A DNA stretch of 63,878 nucleotides, the filler included, from Acetivibrio sp. (GTDB lineage Bacteria; Bacillota; Clostridia; Acetivibrionales; Acetivibrionaceae), in assembly GCF_035371925.1 (NCBI RefSeq). It is 6 parts of 6 records of this genome, joined end to end, with 100 filler letters (N's around TTAATTAATTAA, not from the genome) between each part and the next. Parts side by side here need not be neighbours in the genome. Positions count along the whole stretch, not along the records: positions 1 to 11,608 come from NZ_DAORXT010000088.1; positions 11,709 to 22,925 come from NZ_DAORXT010000090.1; 4 more parts are not named here. One strand, written 5' to 3'. The notes beneath the pieces are model-generated. The model was not told where the DNA came from. It saw only the letters and a list, made by a program, of their open reading frames with translations, and made no database searches. Numbering within the stretch: position 1 is the stretch's first letter; every line of letters begins with the position of its first letter. Below, one piece after another: positions 9,278 through 19,098 of this stretch. The position numbers and the translations under genes were made by a program.

Positions 9278-10672
9278 TTATTTCTTATTTTTCAGGTATT
9301 CATCGATAGCTTTTGCAGCCTTTTTGCCGGCTCCCATAGCCAGAATAACGGTTGCAGCACCGGTTACTGCGTCTCCGCCGGCGTATACACCTTCGATATT
9401 GGTGGCACCGGTGTTTTCATCTGCAATGATTCCGCCCCATTTTTGAGTGTCCAGACCCGGCGTTGTTGAGGTAATCAACGGGTTTGGGGTCTGACCGATG
9501 GCGATAATAACCGTTTCTACATCGATAATATGTTCGGAGCCTTCCTTTACCACAGGTTTTCTTCGACCCGATGCATCTGGTTCGCCCAGCTCCATTTCCA
9601 CGCATTCAATCCCCTTTACCCAGCCGTCGTCCGTACCTAGAATTCTTGTGGGGTTTGTAAGAAGCTTGAACAAAATGCCCTCTTCCTTTGCATGATGAAT
9701 CTCTTCAAGCCTTGCAGGCATTTCTGCTTCCGAACGCCTGTAAACTATATAAACGTTTTCGGCACCAAGTCTCTTGGCGCTTCTTGCAGCATCCATTGCA
9801 ACATTTCCGCCGCCAACAACAGCAACATTTTTTCCTACTTTAACCGGAGTGTCCCAATTGGGAAATTCATAAGCCTTCATAAGATTTATTCTGGTGAGGA
9901 ATTCGTTTGCCGAATAAACTCCGTTGAGGTTTTCGCCGGGGATTTTCATAAATGACGGCAATCCTGCTCCGGAGCCGATAAATACGGCATCAAATCCTTC
10001 CGCTTTAAGCTCGTCAATGGAGTAGACCTTTCCTATGACCATGTTGGTTTTGATTTCCACACCCAGCTGCTTTATGGTTTCGATTTCATCCTGAACCAGC
10101 TTTTTTGGAAGCCTGAATTCCGGAATACCGTACATCAATACTCCGCCCGGTACGTGAAAAGCTTCGAAGATTGTTACCTCATAACCCAGTTTTGCCAGGT
10201 CGCTTGCACAGGTAAGACTTGCAGGACCGGAACCGATTACGGCCACTTTTTTGCCGTTCTTTTCGGGCTTTTCGTAAGAAGCGGTACCGTTTTTCATATG
10301 CCAGTCGGCCGCAAACCTTTCAAGCCTTCCTATGGCAACGGGCTCACCTTTTTTACCCCTGACACAAAACTTTTCGCATTGACTTTCCTGGGGACAGACT
10401 CTTCCGCAGATGGCTGGGAGGTTGTTGGTTTCTTTAATTTTATTGTAGGCTTCCTCAAATTTTCCTTCGGCAATCAGCTGTACAAACTCCGGAATTTTTA
10501 CGTTTACAGGACAGCCGTCCACACAAGGTTTGTGCTTGCAGTTAAGGCACCTTTGGGCTTCTTCCATTGCCATTTGCTCGGTGTATCCCAAGGCAACCTC
10601 CAAAAAGTTTTTGCTTCTGACATTAGGGTCCTGCTCAGGCATGGGAACTTTTTTAAGTGACATGTTAGGCAT
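9278..10672 (-). CDS. nfnB: NfnB, large subunit of electron-bifurcating transhydrogenase (GltD-like)
   Basis: EAQRCLNC...CVDGCP, CGRVCPQE..CE, GSGPAS, GGGNVAMD, YRR; coupled to an nfnA-like gene and no GltB present. Confidence 0.85.
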   Translation of the reverse strand: MPNMSLKKVPMPEQDPNVRSKNFLEVALGYTEQMAMEEAQRCLNCKHKPCVDGCPVNVKIPEFVQLIAEGKFEEAYNKIKETNNLPAICGRVCPQESQCEKFCVRGKKGEPVAIGRLERFAADWHMKNGTASYEKPEKNGKKVAVIGSGPASLTCASDLAKLGYEVTIFEAFHVPGGVLMYGIPEFRLPKKLVQDEIETIKQLGVEIKTNMVIGKVYSIDELKAEGFDAVFIGSGAGLPSFMKIPGENLNGVYSANEFLTRINLMKAYEFPNWDTPVKVGKNVAVVGGGNVAMDAARSAKRLGAENVYIVYRRSEAEMPARLEEIHHAKEEGILFKLLTNPTRILGTDDGWVKGIECVEMELGEPDASGRRKPVVKEGSEHIIDVETVIIAIGQTPNPLITSTTPGLDTQKWGGIIADENTGATNIEGVYAGGDAVTGAATVILAMGAGKKAAKAIDEYLKNKK

Positions 10673-11510
10673 TTTTCTCTCCCCCCAATCTGCAAATATG
10701 CTTTTCCATGGCCAGGGTTTCTTCTTTTTTATACATGGCCTGCCTTCTCATTGCTTCGTCAAAATCCACCAGATGTCCGTCAAAGTCGGGTCCGTCCACG
10801 CATGCAAACTTGGTTTCACCGCCTACGGTTACTCTGCAGCCTCCGCACATACCGGTGCCGTCAATCATAACGGGATTCATGCTTACAATAGTTTTTATTC
10901 CGTAGGGTTTTGTGAGGTTGCTGATAACCTTCATCATTATCAATGGGCCGATAGCAATAACCAAATCGTAGTTATTTCCTTCTTCAATAAGGTTCTTTAA
11001 TACATCGCTTACAAAGCCTTTATTGCCGTTCGAACCGTCGTCGGTAGTTATAAAAAGCTTGTCGCTTACCGCTCTCATTTCATCCTCAAGAATTATCAGG
11101 TCCTTGTTTCTAAAGCCAGCTATCGAATGAACCTCTACTCCCATAAAGTGAAGTTTTTTGGCCTGGGGATATGCTATTGCTGTTCCGAGGCCTCCGCCTA
11201 TTACAGCTGCTTTTTTTACATTTTCAAAATGGGATGCTTTTCCCAGGGGGCCTGCAAAATCCAACAGCTCGTCTCCTTCTTCAAGAGCTCCTAATGCTTT
11301 GGTGGTCTTGCCAACTTCCTGAAATATTATCGTTACCGTACCTTTTGTGCGGTCAAAGTCAGCTATTGTGAGTGGAATTCTCTCACCGTTTTCATCAACC
11401 CTCAGAATTATAAACTGTCCGGGTTCTGCCTTTTTTGCTATATGTGGAGCCGATATTTCCATTAACTTAACCTGTGGGTTAAGAACCTTCTTTTTAACTA
11501 TTTTAAACAT
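10665..11510 (-). CDS. nfnA: NfnA, small FAD/[2Fe-2S] subunit
   Basis: PGQFII.R....GERIPLTI, GGGLG, MIDGTGMCGGCRV...ACVDGPDFDGH. Confidence 0.9.
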   Translation of the reverse strand: MFKIVKKKVLNPQVKLMEISAPHIAKKAEPGQFIILRVDENGERIPLTIADFDRTKGTVTIIFQEVGKTTKALGALEEGDELLDFAGPLGKASHFENVKKAAVIGGGLGTAIAYPQAKKLHFMGVEVHSIAGFRNKDLIILEDEMRAVSDKLFITTDDGSNGNKGFVSDVLKNLIEEGNNYDLVIAIGPLIMMKVISNLTKPYGIKTIVSMNPVMIDGTGMCGGCRVTVGGETKFACVDGPDFDGHLVDFDEAMRRQAMYKKEETLAMEKHICRLGGEKNA

Positions 11511-11608
11511 GGTTTGGGCCTTCCTTTCTCAATCGTAAGGTCATTTTCATTTTAACTTTTGATGCTCTTTAAGTCAATTACAATATATAAGTAGTGTTTT
11601 TATTATAT

Positions 11609-11708
11609 NNNNNNNNNNNNNNNNNNNNNNNNNNNNNNNNNNNNNNNNNNNNTTAATTAATTAANNNNNNNNNNNNNNNNNNNNNNNNNNNNNNNNNNNN
11701 NNNNNNNN
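11609..11708. other. Artificial contig linker
   Basis: 44 N + TTAATTAATTAA (stops in all six frames) + 44 N. Confidence 0.98.
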
Positions 11709-11961
11709 CGTCCACTCCTTTTACCTCCTTAAAAGTAATTCGATATACAGTCTTTTTTTAAGATATACAAAAACAATAATTTTTAAAATTTATTGATAAT
11801 ATATTATTTAGATTGGCTTGAAAGCTCTACTTTTATTGAAGGTTTATGATGGAAGTGCAAGCTTATGCAATCTGACAATATAATTGAAACTATAATTGAA
11901 ACTTTATAGTTTTATAAATATAATAAGTATATTAATAAACTTTTAATAAGGGAGGTTCACA

Positions 11962-12768
11962 ATGAATTATAAAGCTGATATTGGTGTTTTTGGCGGTTCA
12001 GGTTTTTATTCTTTTTTAGAAAATGTTGAAGAAATAGAAATGGAAACTCCTTATGGAAAGCCCAGTGACAAAATAGCAATTGCAACCTACGAAGGAAAGA
12101 AAATTGCTTTTTTGCCCCGTCACGGCAAAAATCACCAATTCCCACCCCATATGATACCTTACAGAGCAAATCTCTATGCTATGAAAAAGCTTGGGGTAAA
12201 GAAAATACTGGCTCCCACATCTTCAGGCAGCCTTCGTCCTGAAATCAAGCCAGGGGATTTTGTCGTGTGCGATCAGTTTGTCGACAGGACAACAGGACGT
12301 AAAGACACCTTTTACGACGGACCTGTAACCAAGCATATAAGCTCTGCGCACCCTTACTGCCCTGAGCTTAGAAAAACTGCCATTGAAGTTGGAAAAGACC
12401 TGGGAATAACAATTCATGAAAAAGGTACTGTGGTTGTTATTCAGGGTCCAAGATTCTCCACTGTGGCAGAGAGCAGATGGTTCAACAAAATGGGCTGGGA
12501 TGTAATTAATATGACACAGTATCCCGAGGTTTATCTGGCCAGAGAACTGGGAATCTGCTATGCCAACATATCTCTTATAACCGACTATGATGCGGGACTT
12601 GAAGGCCGTGATGATATTGCACCGGTTACTGAAGAAGCCGTGCTTAAAGTATTTGCGGAAAACAATGAAAAAGTTAAAAATATGCTTTTTGAAGTAATTA
12701 GAAGAATTGACCTTGAAAATGACAAGTGCACATGCTGCAATGTCGATTTAAGCGGCATAGACCTGTAA
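11962..12768 (+). CDS. mtnP: 5'-methylthioadenosine phosphorylase
   Basis: GVFGGSG, FLPRHG..H..PPH.IPYRAN, IQGPRFST.AES, INMT, ITDYD; adjacent to mtnA. Confidence 0.9.
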   Translation: MNYKADIGVFGGSGFYSFLENVEEIEMETPYGKPSDKIAIATYEGKKIAFLPRHGKNHQFPPHMIPYRANLYAMKKLGVKKILAPTSSGSLRPEIKPGDFVVCDQFVDRTTGRKDTFYDGPVTKHISSAHPYCPELRKTAIEVGKDLGITIHEKGTVVVIQGPRFSTVAESRWFNKMGWDVINMTQYPEVYLARELGICYANISLITDYDAGLEGRDDIAPVTEEAVLKVFAENNEKVKNMLFEVIRRIDLENDKCTCCNVDLSGIDL

Positions 12769-12816
12769 TTTCAAAATAGTCTTGTTTTTAAATATTTTTT
12801 AATAAAGGAGAGCTCT

Positions 12817-13845
12817 ATGAAACCGTTAGAGTATTGTGATGGAGTATTAAAACTGATAGATCAGACTTTGCTTCCGGGAGAGCAAAAGATTGTAGAACTA
12901 AAAAACTATGTTGAAGTGGCTGATGCAATAAAAAATATGATAGTAAGAGGCGCTCCTGCCATAGGTGTGACTGCCGCCTACGGTGTTGTAATAGCTTCAA
13001 AAGCTATAGACACCGATTCAAAAGAAGAATTTTTTATAGGTCTTAAAAAGGTGTGCGATATAATTAAAGGCACGCGTCCCACAGCTGTAAACCTTTTTTG
13101 GGCTGTTGACAGAGTATATAATAAAGCTTCGTCAAACCGGGACAAGTCCATTGAAGAAATTAAAAATATTATTGAAGAAGAAGCCTACCTTATGGAAAAA
13201 GAAGACATTGAATCCAACAAAAGCATAGGCCGTTTTGGCAATGAGCTTATAAAGGAAAACTGGACAATTCTTACCCACTGCAATGCCGGTGCTTTGGCAA
13301 CTTGTGACTACGGCACTGCTTTGGGAGTTATCCGGGCGGCTCACGAGTCCGGGAAAAACATACAGGTTTTTGCGGATGAGACAAGGCCTTACCTTCAAGG
13401 AGCAAGACTTACCTCTTGGGAATTAATGCAGGACAATATCCCCGTAACGCTCATATGTGACAATATGGCAGGACATTTCATGAAAGAAGGGTTAATAGAC
13501 TGTGTAATAGTTGGAGCTGACAGAATAGCTTTAAACGGTGACACTGCAAACAAAATCGGTACTTATTCGGTTGCGGTTTTGGCAAAAGAAAACAATATAC
13601 CTTTTTATGTTGCCGCTCCCACATCAACTATTGACTTTTCCATAGAAACAGGAAATCAAATTCCCATAGAAGAACGAAGTCCCGATGAAATAACTCATAT
13701 CAAAGGAATAAGAATAGCTCCGGAAGGTGTAAAAGTAAAAAATCCGGCCTTTGATGTAACGCCAAACAAATACATCTCAGCCATTATTACCGAAAAGGGA
13801 ATTATTTATCCGCCATACAATGAAAACATAAAAAAATTCAGGTAA
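12817..13845 (+). CDS. mtnA: Methylthioribose-1-phosphate isomerase
   Basis: [62 protein letters not shown]. Confidence 0.95.
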   Translation: MKPLEYCDGVLKLIDQTLLPGEQKIVELKNYVEVADAIKNMIVRGAPAIGVTAAYGVVIASKAIDTDSKEEFFIGLKKVCDIIKGTRPTAVNLFWAVDRVYNKASSNRDKSIEEIKNIIEEEAYLMEKEDIESNKSIGRFGNELIKENWTILTHCNAGALATCDYGTALGVIRAAHESGKNIQVFADETRPYLQGARLTSWELMQDNIPVTLICDNMAGHFMKEGLIDCVIVGADRIALNGDTANKIGTYSVAVLAKENNIPFYVAAPTSTIDFSIETGNQIPIEERSPDEITHIKGIRIAPEGVKVKNPAFDVTPNKYISAIITEKGIIYPPYNENIKKFR

Positions 13846-13866
13846 AATAAGTTTCCCTGATATTTA

Positions 13867-13900
13867 AAAGCCTCAAATCAAATTCAAGATTTGAGGCTTT
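13867..13900. terminator. Bidirectional intrinsic terminator
   Basis: Perfect 13-bp stem AAAGCCTCAAATC/GATTTGAGGCTTT between convergent genes. Confidence 0.75.
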
Positions 13901-13918
13901 ATTTTGCTTTGCTTTACT

Positions 13919-14302
13919 TTATTCTTTATTTTCCTTCTGCATTTCCTTATATGCTTTTTTTATCATTTCAAAGCTCATCGGACTAATCACATGTTCTATA
14001 CGGCAAGCATCTCCCTTTGCAATATCTTCATCCACACCCAATGAGATAAGATAGTCTGTCAGCACTTTGTGGCGCTCATAAATGCGCTCGGCAATCTCCA
14101 TCCCTTTATCTGTCAATGTTATATATCCCGATTCGTCCATTGAGATGTACCCGTTTTCCCTAAGCTGCTTCATGGCATAGCTGATACTTGGCTTTGAGAA
14201 ATTCATCTCATTAACTATATCAATAGACCTAACCTGCCCAATCCTATGACTTAGTATTAGAATAGTCTCAAGATAATTCTCAGCAGACTCCTGAATCTTC
14301 AA
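13919..14302 (-). CDS. DtxR/MntR-family metal-dependent repressor without a C-terminal FeoA domain
   Basis: ESAENYLETI, VRSIDI...SKPSIS, IYERH..LT..LI.LGV...A..DAC.IEH. TTG 14302 follows AGGTGGTG (ORF track 14323). Confidence 0.85.
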   Translation of the reverse strand: MKIQESAENYLETILILSHRIGQVRSIDIVNEMNFSKPSISYAMKQLRENGYISMDESGYITLTDKGMEIAERIYERHKVLTDYLISLGVDEDIAKGDACRIEHVISPMSFEMIKKAYKEMQKENKE

Positions 14303-14469
14303 TCTTATTTCACCACCTGACACGAGAAGACTACATTTTATATGTTACCACAAATCCGTGCTTTTAACAATAGAAATTGTGCAATATATACCATATCTGT
14401 GAATTGCAATTAAACTCTTTTCGCAAATTCCAATTACTAAAAAAATGATTAAAATATTCTTCAAGGTTA

Positions 14470-14498
14470 TTGACAAATTAAGACTGCGTTGCTAAACT
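14470..14498 (+). promoter_or_regulatory. SigA-type promoter of the feo operon
   Basis: TTGACA (14470-75), 17-nt spacer, TGn-TAAACT (14493-98). Confidence 0.75.
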
Positions 14499-14505
14499 GA
14501 ATGTA

Positions 14506-14556
14506 GATAGTCTTGACTAACTATATTTTTTTGGTTACAGGTTAGTCACATCTAAC
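14506..14556. promoter_or_regulatory. Two GTTAG-N6-CTAAC palindromic boxes downstream of the feo promoter
   Basis: GATAG-TCTTGA-CTAAC (14506-21) and GTTAG-TCACAT-CTAAC (14541-56). Confidence 0.65.
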
Positions 14557-14599
14557 TTATTAATATAGAGTATATTTACTCCAAGAAAGGAGAAGGAAT

Positions 14600-14827
14600 A
14601 TGACTACTTTGCGAAATATCAAATGCGGTCAAACAGTTAAGGTTGTAAAGCTCCATGGAGAGGGTGCTTTAAAAAGACGCATTATGGATATGGGTATCAC
14701 CAGAGGCTGCGAGGTTTATATCCGTAAAGTAGCCCCATTAGGCGATCCTATTCAGATAAACGTAAGAGGCTACGAGCTTAGTCTTAGAAAATCTGCAGCA
14801 GAAATGATAGAAGTAGAAAAACTATAG
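14600..14827 (+). CDS. feoA: Ferrous iron transport protein A
   Basis: LKRRIMDMGITRG...KVAPLGDPIQINVRGYELSLRK. Confidence 0.95.
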   Translation: MTTLRNIKCGQTVKVVKLHGEGALKRRIMDMGITRGCEVYIRKVAPLGDPIQINVRGYELSLRKSAAEMIEVEKL

Positions 14828-14865
14828 CTACATAGATTCTGCACGTAAGCAGCATTGTGTCACAC

Positions 14866-14883
14866 GGTTAGTCAAAGCTAACC
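14866..14883. promoter_or_regulatory. Third GTTAG-N6-CTAAC box, between feoA and feoB
   Basis: GGTTAG-TCAAAG-CTAACC. Confidence 0.6.
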
Positions 14884-14905
14884 GGCTTTTTAAGGAGGTA
14901 ATTTT

Positions 14906-17071
14906 ATGTCGATAAAAATTGCTCTTACCGGAAATCCGAACTCCGGTAAGACTACTATGTTTAATGATCTGACGGGAAGCAACCAATATGTCGGCAACTG
15001 GCCCGGCGTTACTGTAGAAAAAAAGGAAGGGAGACTTAAAGGTCAAAAAGATGTTATTATAACTGACCTGCCAGGCATCTACTCTCTCTCCCCTTATACA
15101 CCGGAGGAAATCGTTTCAAGAAACTATTTGATAAACGAAAAGCCTGATGCAATAATAAACATTGTTGACGGGACCAATATCGAAAGAAATTTATACCTTA
15201 CCACACAGCTTACCGAAATGAGCATACCTGTGGTTATCGCACTTAATATGATTGATATTGTGCGCAAGAAAGGTGATAACATTGATATTGAAAAGCTTTC
15301 TCAAAAGTTCGGATGTGAAGTGGTTGAAACCTCCGCTTTAAAAGGTGTCGGCTCAGAAGAGGCAGTATCAAAAGCAATTGCACTTGCAGAGCAAAAAGCA
15401 AATACTCTTCCACCGCATAAGTTTTCAAAATCGGTTGAAGACTCATTATCAAAGATTGCTTCCTGCATTGAAAGCATTATCAGTCCGGATCTTCTGCGCT
15501 GGTACAGTATCAAGCTTTTTGAGAGAGACCAAATGGTATCGGAAGAGTTATCTTTGGATAACGACACCAAAGCCAAAATTGAAAGCATCATTGCCGAATG
15601 TGAAAAACAGCTTGATGATGACAGCGAAAGCATTATCACCAACGAAAGGTATAAATATATCGTTGATGCCATAAAGGACTGTTACGTAAAGAAAAATACT
15701 TCCCGGGATACGGTATCCGATAAAATAGACAAAATTGTTACAAATCGCTGGCTTGCATTTCCTGTTTTTGCCGCAGTTATATTCCTTGTCTATTTTATAT
15801 CGGTCACCACTGTAGGAACTTGGGCAACAGATTGGGTAAATGACGTATTGTTTGGAGAAATTATTCCCCCTGCGGTGGAAGGGTTTTTAGAATCGGTTAA
15901 CTGTGCAGATTGGCTGACATCTCTAATAATTGACGGTATAATCGGCGGTGTGGGTGCCGTACTTGGCTTTTTGCCTCAAATGATGGTATTGTTCCTGTGT
16001 CTTTCACTCCTTGAGGACTGTGGATACATGTCCCGTATCGCCTTTATTATGGATAGAGTATTCAGAAAATTCGGTCTTTCCGGAAAATCCTTCATTCCGA
16101 TTATTATTGGAACAGGATGCGGCGTACCGGGTATTATGGCTTCAAGAACCATTGAAAGTGAAGAAGACCGTAAGCTGACCATTATGACTACAACGTTTAT
16201 TCCCTGCTCCGCGAAGCTGCCGATTATTTCGCTCATAGCGGGAGCATTTTTCCCAGGTTCAATTTGGGTGGCTCCTTCTGTCTACTTTATCGGTATTGCC
16301 GCAATTATTTGCTCGGGAATAATTCTAAAGAAAACCAAAGCTTTATCAAGTAGCCCTGCACCTTTTGTTATGGAGCTTCCTGCTTACCACGTACCGAGAG
16401 CTAAAAACGTAGCTCTTCACATTTGGGATAAAACCAAATCCTTTATTAAAAAAGCAGGAACAATTATATTCTTGGCCAGCGGACTTGTATGGTTCCTGTC
16501 CAACTTCAACTGGCAGCTTAGAATGGTAGATGCTCCGAATTCAATCCTTGCAAACTTGGGAAGTATCGTTGCCCCTGTTTTCGTTCCTCTTGGCTGGGGA
16601 ACTTGGGAAGCAGCTGTTGCAACACTCACAGGTCTTGTAGCAAAGGAAAATGTAGTTGGAACCCTCGGAGTTCTTTACGGACTCCAGGAAGTTGCTGAAG
16701 ACGGTGTAGAAATCTGGGGCAGCCTGCAAGCTTCATTTACAGCACTTTCAGCGTATTCATTGCTTCTTTTCAATCTGCTCTGTGCCCCATGCTTTGCTGC
16801 TATTGGAGCTATCAGAAGAGAAATGAAAAGTGCAAAGTGGACTTTAATAGCAGTAGGATATCAAACAGTTTTGGCATATGCAGTTTCTCTGTGTGTATAT
16901 CAGTTTGGTATGTTCTTTACGGGCAATGGATTTAACGTATTCACTGCCATTGCAATTATAGTTCTTATAGGATTTATTTACCTGCTTGTGCGCCGGCCTT
17001 ATAACAAAGACGGAAAAAATTGCTCCGCCAAAGAGGTCGGAAATGCAGCGTTAGGAGGCGCTAAATTATGA
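14906..17071 (+). CDS. feoB: Ferrous iron transport protein B
   Basis: GNPNSGKT, VGNWPGVTVE, DLPG, gate-domain GFGCG-like GTGCG and PCSAKLP motifs, multiple TM segments. Confidence 0.97.
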   Translation: MSIKIALTGNPNSGKTTMFNDLTGSNQYVGNWPGVTVEKKEGRLKGQKDVIITDLPGIYSLSPYTPEEIVSRNYLINEKPDAIINIVDGTNIERNLYLTTQLTEMSIPVVIALNMIDIVRKKGDNIDIEKLSQKFGCEVVETSALKGVGSEEAVSKAIALAEQKANTLPPHKFSKSVEDSLSKIASCIESIISPDLLRWYSIKLFERDQMVSEELSLDNDTKAKIESIIAECEKQLDDDSESIITNERYKYIVDAIKDCYVKKNTSRDTVSDKIDKIVTNRWLAFPVFAAVIFLVYFISVTTVGTWATDWVNDVLFGEIIPPAVEGFLESVNCADWLTSLIIDGIIGGVGAVLGFLPQMMVLFLCLSLLEDCGYMSRIAFIMDRVFRKFGLSGKSFIPIIIGTGCGVPGIMASRTIESEEDRKLTIMTTTFIPCSAKLPIISLIAGAFFPGSIWVAPSVYFIGIAAIICSGIILKKTKALSSSPAPFVMELPAYHVPRAKNVALHIWDKTKSFIKKAGTIIFLASGLVWFLSNFNWQLRMVDAPNSILANLGSIVAPVFVPLGWGTWEAAVATLTGLVAKENVVGTLGVLYGLQEVAEDGVEIWGSLQASFTALSAYSLLLFNLLCAPCFAAIGAIRREMKSAKWTLIAVGYQTVLAYAVSLCVYQFGMFFTGNGFNVFTAIAIIVLIGFIYLLVRRPYNKDGKNCSAKEVGNAALGGAKL

Positions 17072-17232
17072 TTGAATTTATAACCGAAAACCTTGCAACT
17101 ATTATAATAAGTGCTATCTTGTTAGCTTTAGGTGTTTTGGCAGTTTTAAAAATCAGAAAAGACAAGAAAAAGGGATCCTGCAGCTGCGGCTGTTCAGGAT
17201 GCCCTCAATCGCAAATTTGTCATAAACAATAA
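17068..17232 (+). CDS. FeoB-associated Cys-rich membrane protein, 54 aa (absent from ORF track)
   Basis: Own translation: MIEFITENLATIIISAILLALGVLAVLKIRKDKKKGSCSCGCSGCPQSQICHKQ; ATGA overlap with the feoB stop; RBS GGAGG. Confidence 0.85.
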   Translation: MIEFITENLATIIISAILLALGVLAVLKIRKDKKKGSCSCGCSGCPQSQICHKQ

Positions 17233-17283
17233 TCATGGCTTGTAAGAATAAATTAACGCTCACTTATATATTTATTATAATAT

Positions 17284-18582
17284 TTATTCTTGCTTTTTGC
17301 TTCTTCTTTTTTGAAGCCACTCCTTAATTTTTAATTCATAACCGTTTGCGCTAGGATTATAGTAAATAGTCCCCTTCATCTCTTTAGGAAGATAATCCTG
17401 GTCAACAATATTGCCGGGGTAATCATGGGCGTATTTATAGCCCTTTCCGTATCCTAGCTCTTTCATTCCCGGTGTCACCGGATTTCTAAGGTGCATCGGG
17501 ACTTCTCCTGTCCGCTTGTTTTTTACATCCTCTAAAGCACTATTGATTGCTGCATAGCATGAATTTGATTTCGGACTGGTGGCTACCATAACGGCAGCCT
17601 GAGACAAAATTATTCTTGCCTCAGGCATACCCACCATATGTACAGCCTGTGCCGCTGAAACTGCCAACTGCAAAGCAGCCGGATTTGCCATACCCACATC
17701 CTCAGATGCGCATATTATTATTCTGCGCGCCAAAAACATCGGATCTTCCCCGGCATACAATGCCCGTGCAAGATAAAACACTGCCGCATCCGGATCGCTT
17801 CCCCTCATGGACTTTATAAAGGCACTGATATTGTCATAATGCCCATCACCGGATTTGTCGTACCTTGCAGCCTTCTTTTGGACACATTCCTCAATCAGCT
17901 CCATGTCAATATGAAATTTACCGTCATTTCCAACAGGGGACGTCAAAACGGCAAGCTCTAGGGCATTTAAAGCTATTCTGGCGTCGCCGTCGCATATATC
18001 CGCCAAATAGTTTAGCGCATCCTCTTCTATTTCAATATCTACATTGCCCAGGCCACGTTCTTTGTCTTTTAAGGCATTTTGAATGATTTTCTTTATTGAG
18101 TCACTGCCGAGGGGCTTTAGCATAAATACCGAAGACCTTGAAATCAAAGCCTTGTTAACCTCGAAAAAAGGGTTTTCAGTAGTCGCTCCCACAAGAATAA
18201 TTGTACCATCCTCCACATATGGAAGAAGTGCATCCTGCTGGGATTTATTAAACCTGTGAATTTCATCAATGAACAACACAGTCTTTCCCCTTGGATTTAA
18301 TATCGGGTTCTGTGTATCCGACACAATCCTCTTTATATCCGCAACACCAGCAGTGACTGCATTAAGCTTTTCAAAATTGGCCTTGGTACTGTTGGCAATA
18401 ATCCTTGCCAAAGAAGTCTTACCCGTTCCGGGAGGACCGTAAAGAATAATTGAGGAAATTCTGTCTGCTTTTATCATCCTGTTTAAAAGCTTTCCTTCAC
18501 CGACTATTTCTTCCTGTCCGAAAAATTCTTCCAAGGTCCTAGGTCTCATCCTATAGGCCAGCGGCTCTTTTTTTACATCCAT
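17284..18582 (-). CDS. rarA: Replication-associated recombination protein A (MgsA/RarA AAA+ ATPase)
   Basis: EPLAYRMRP, GPPGTGKT, FIDEIHRFNKSQQD, SAFIKSMRGSDPDAA, YKYAHD. Confidence 0.95.
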   Translation of the reverse strand: MDVKKEPLAYRMRPRTLEEFFGQEEIVGEGKLLNRMIKADRISSIILYGPPGTGKTSLARIIANSTKANFEKLNAVTAGVADIKRIVSDTQNPILNPRGKTVLFIDEIHRFNKSQQDALLPYVEDGTIILVGATTENPFFEVNKALISRSSVFMLKPLGSDSIKKIIQNALKDKERGLGNVDIEIEEDALNYLADICDGDARIALNALELAVLTSPVGNDGKFHIDMELIEECVQKKAARYDKSGDGHYDNISAFIKSMRGSDPDAAVFYLARALYAGEDPMFLARRIIICASEDVGMANPAALQLAVSAAQAVHMVGMPEARIILSQAAVMVATSPKSNSCYAAINSALEDVKNKRTGEVPMHLRNPVTPGMKELGYGKGYKYAHDYPGNIVDQDYLPKEMKGTIYYNPSANGYELKIKEWLQKRRSKKQE

Positions 18583-18617
18583 AACATCATCCTTTTAAAG
18601 CTTGTGGCAAGTTTAAA

Positions 18618-19049
18618 CTAAAGCTTGTAAACCGTATCGGAAGACAATACCTTCACACCGGCTTTTTCAAGCATTTCCACAGCTTTTTCCGGATTGTCAA
18701 TCCTAAATATAACAAGGGCTTCATTTTCTGCTTTTCCAACAAAAGCATACATATATTCAATTCCAATGGACTCCGCTTCCAAAGCCTTTAACGCTTTTGC
18801 CAGTCCTCCCGGCTCGTCGGGAACTGAAACAGCAATAACATCGCAACAGCTAACTGTAAATCCGTTATCCTTCAAAGCTTTTTCCGCAGTTTCCGGATCA
18901 TTTACAATGAGTCTTAAAATTCCAAAATCAGTAGTGTCGGCTATTGACAGAGCGCTGATATCTATATTGCTTTCTGCAAGAATTTGTGTAACCTCAGCAA
19001 GTCTGCCGGATTTGTTCTCTAAAAACACGGAAATCTGTTTTACAAGCAT
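18618..19049 (-). CDS. Tandem ACT-domain protein
   Basis: QISVFLENKSGRLAEV, ALSIADTTDFGILRLIV, DEPGGL, IEYMYAF. Confidence 0.88.
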   Translation of the reverse strand: MLVKQISVFLENKSGRLAEVTQILAESNIDISALSIADTTDFGILRLIVNDPETAEKALKDNGFTVSCCDVIAVSVPDEPGGLAKALKALEAESIGIEYMYAFVGKAENEALVIFRIDNPEKAVEMLEKAGVKVLSSDTVYKL

Positions 19050-19098
19050 GTCTTATCCCTCCATTTTTATTTTGGAATAATTACTATAAATAATTAGA

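Noticed and set aside
9278..10672. gltD, glutamate synthase small subunit
   Set aside because: No gltB nearby and coupled to an nfnA-type gene.
11653..11664. Recurrent TTAATTAATTAA as a biological repeat
   Set aside because: Always centred in 44+44 N; a standard six-frame-stop scaffold spacer.
11709..11961. SAM riboswitch upstream of mtnP
   Set aside because: No S-box core sequence; the region is AT-rich promoter DNA.
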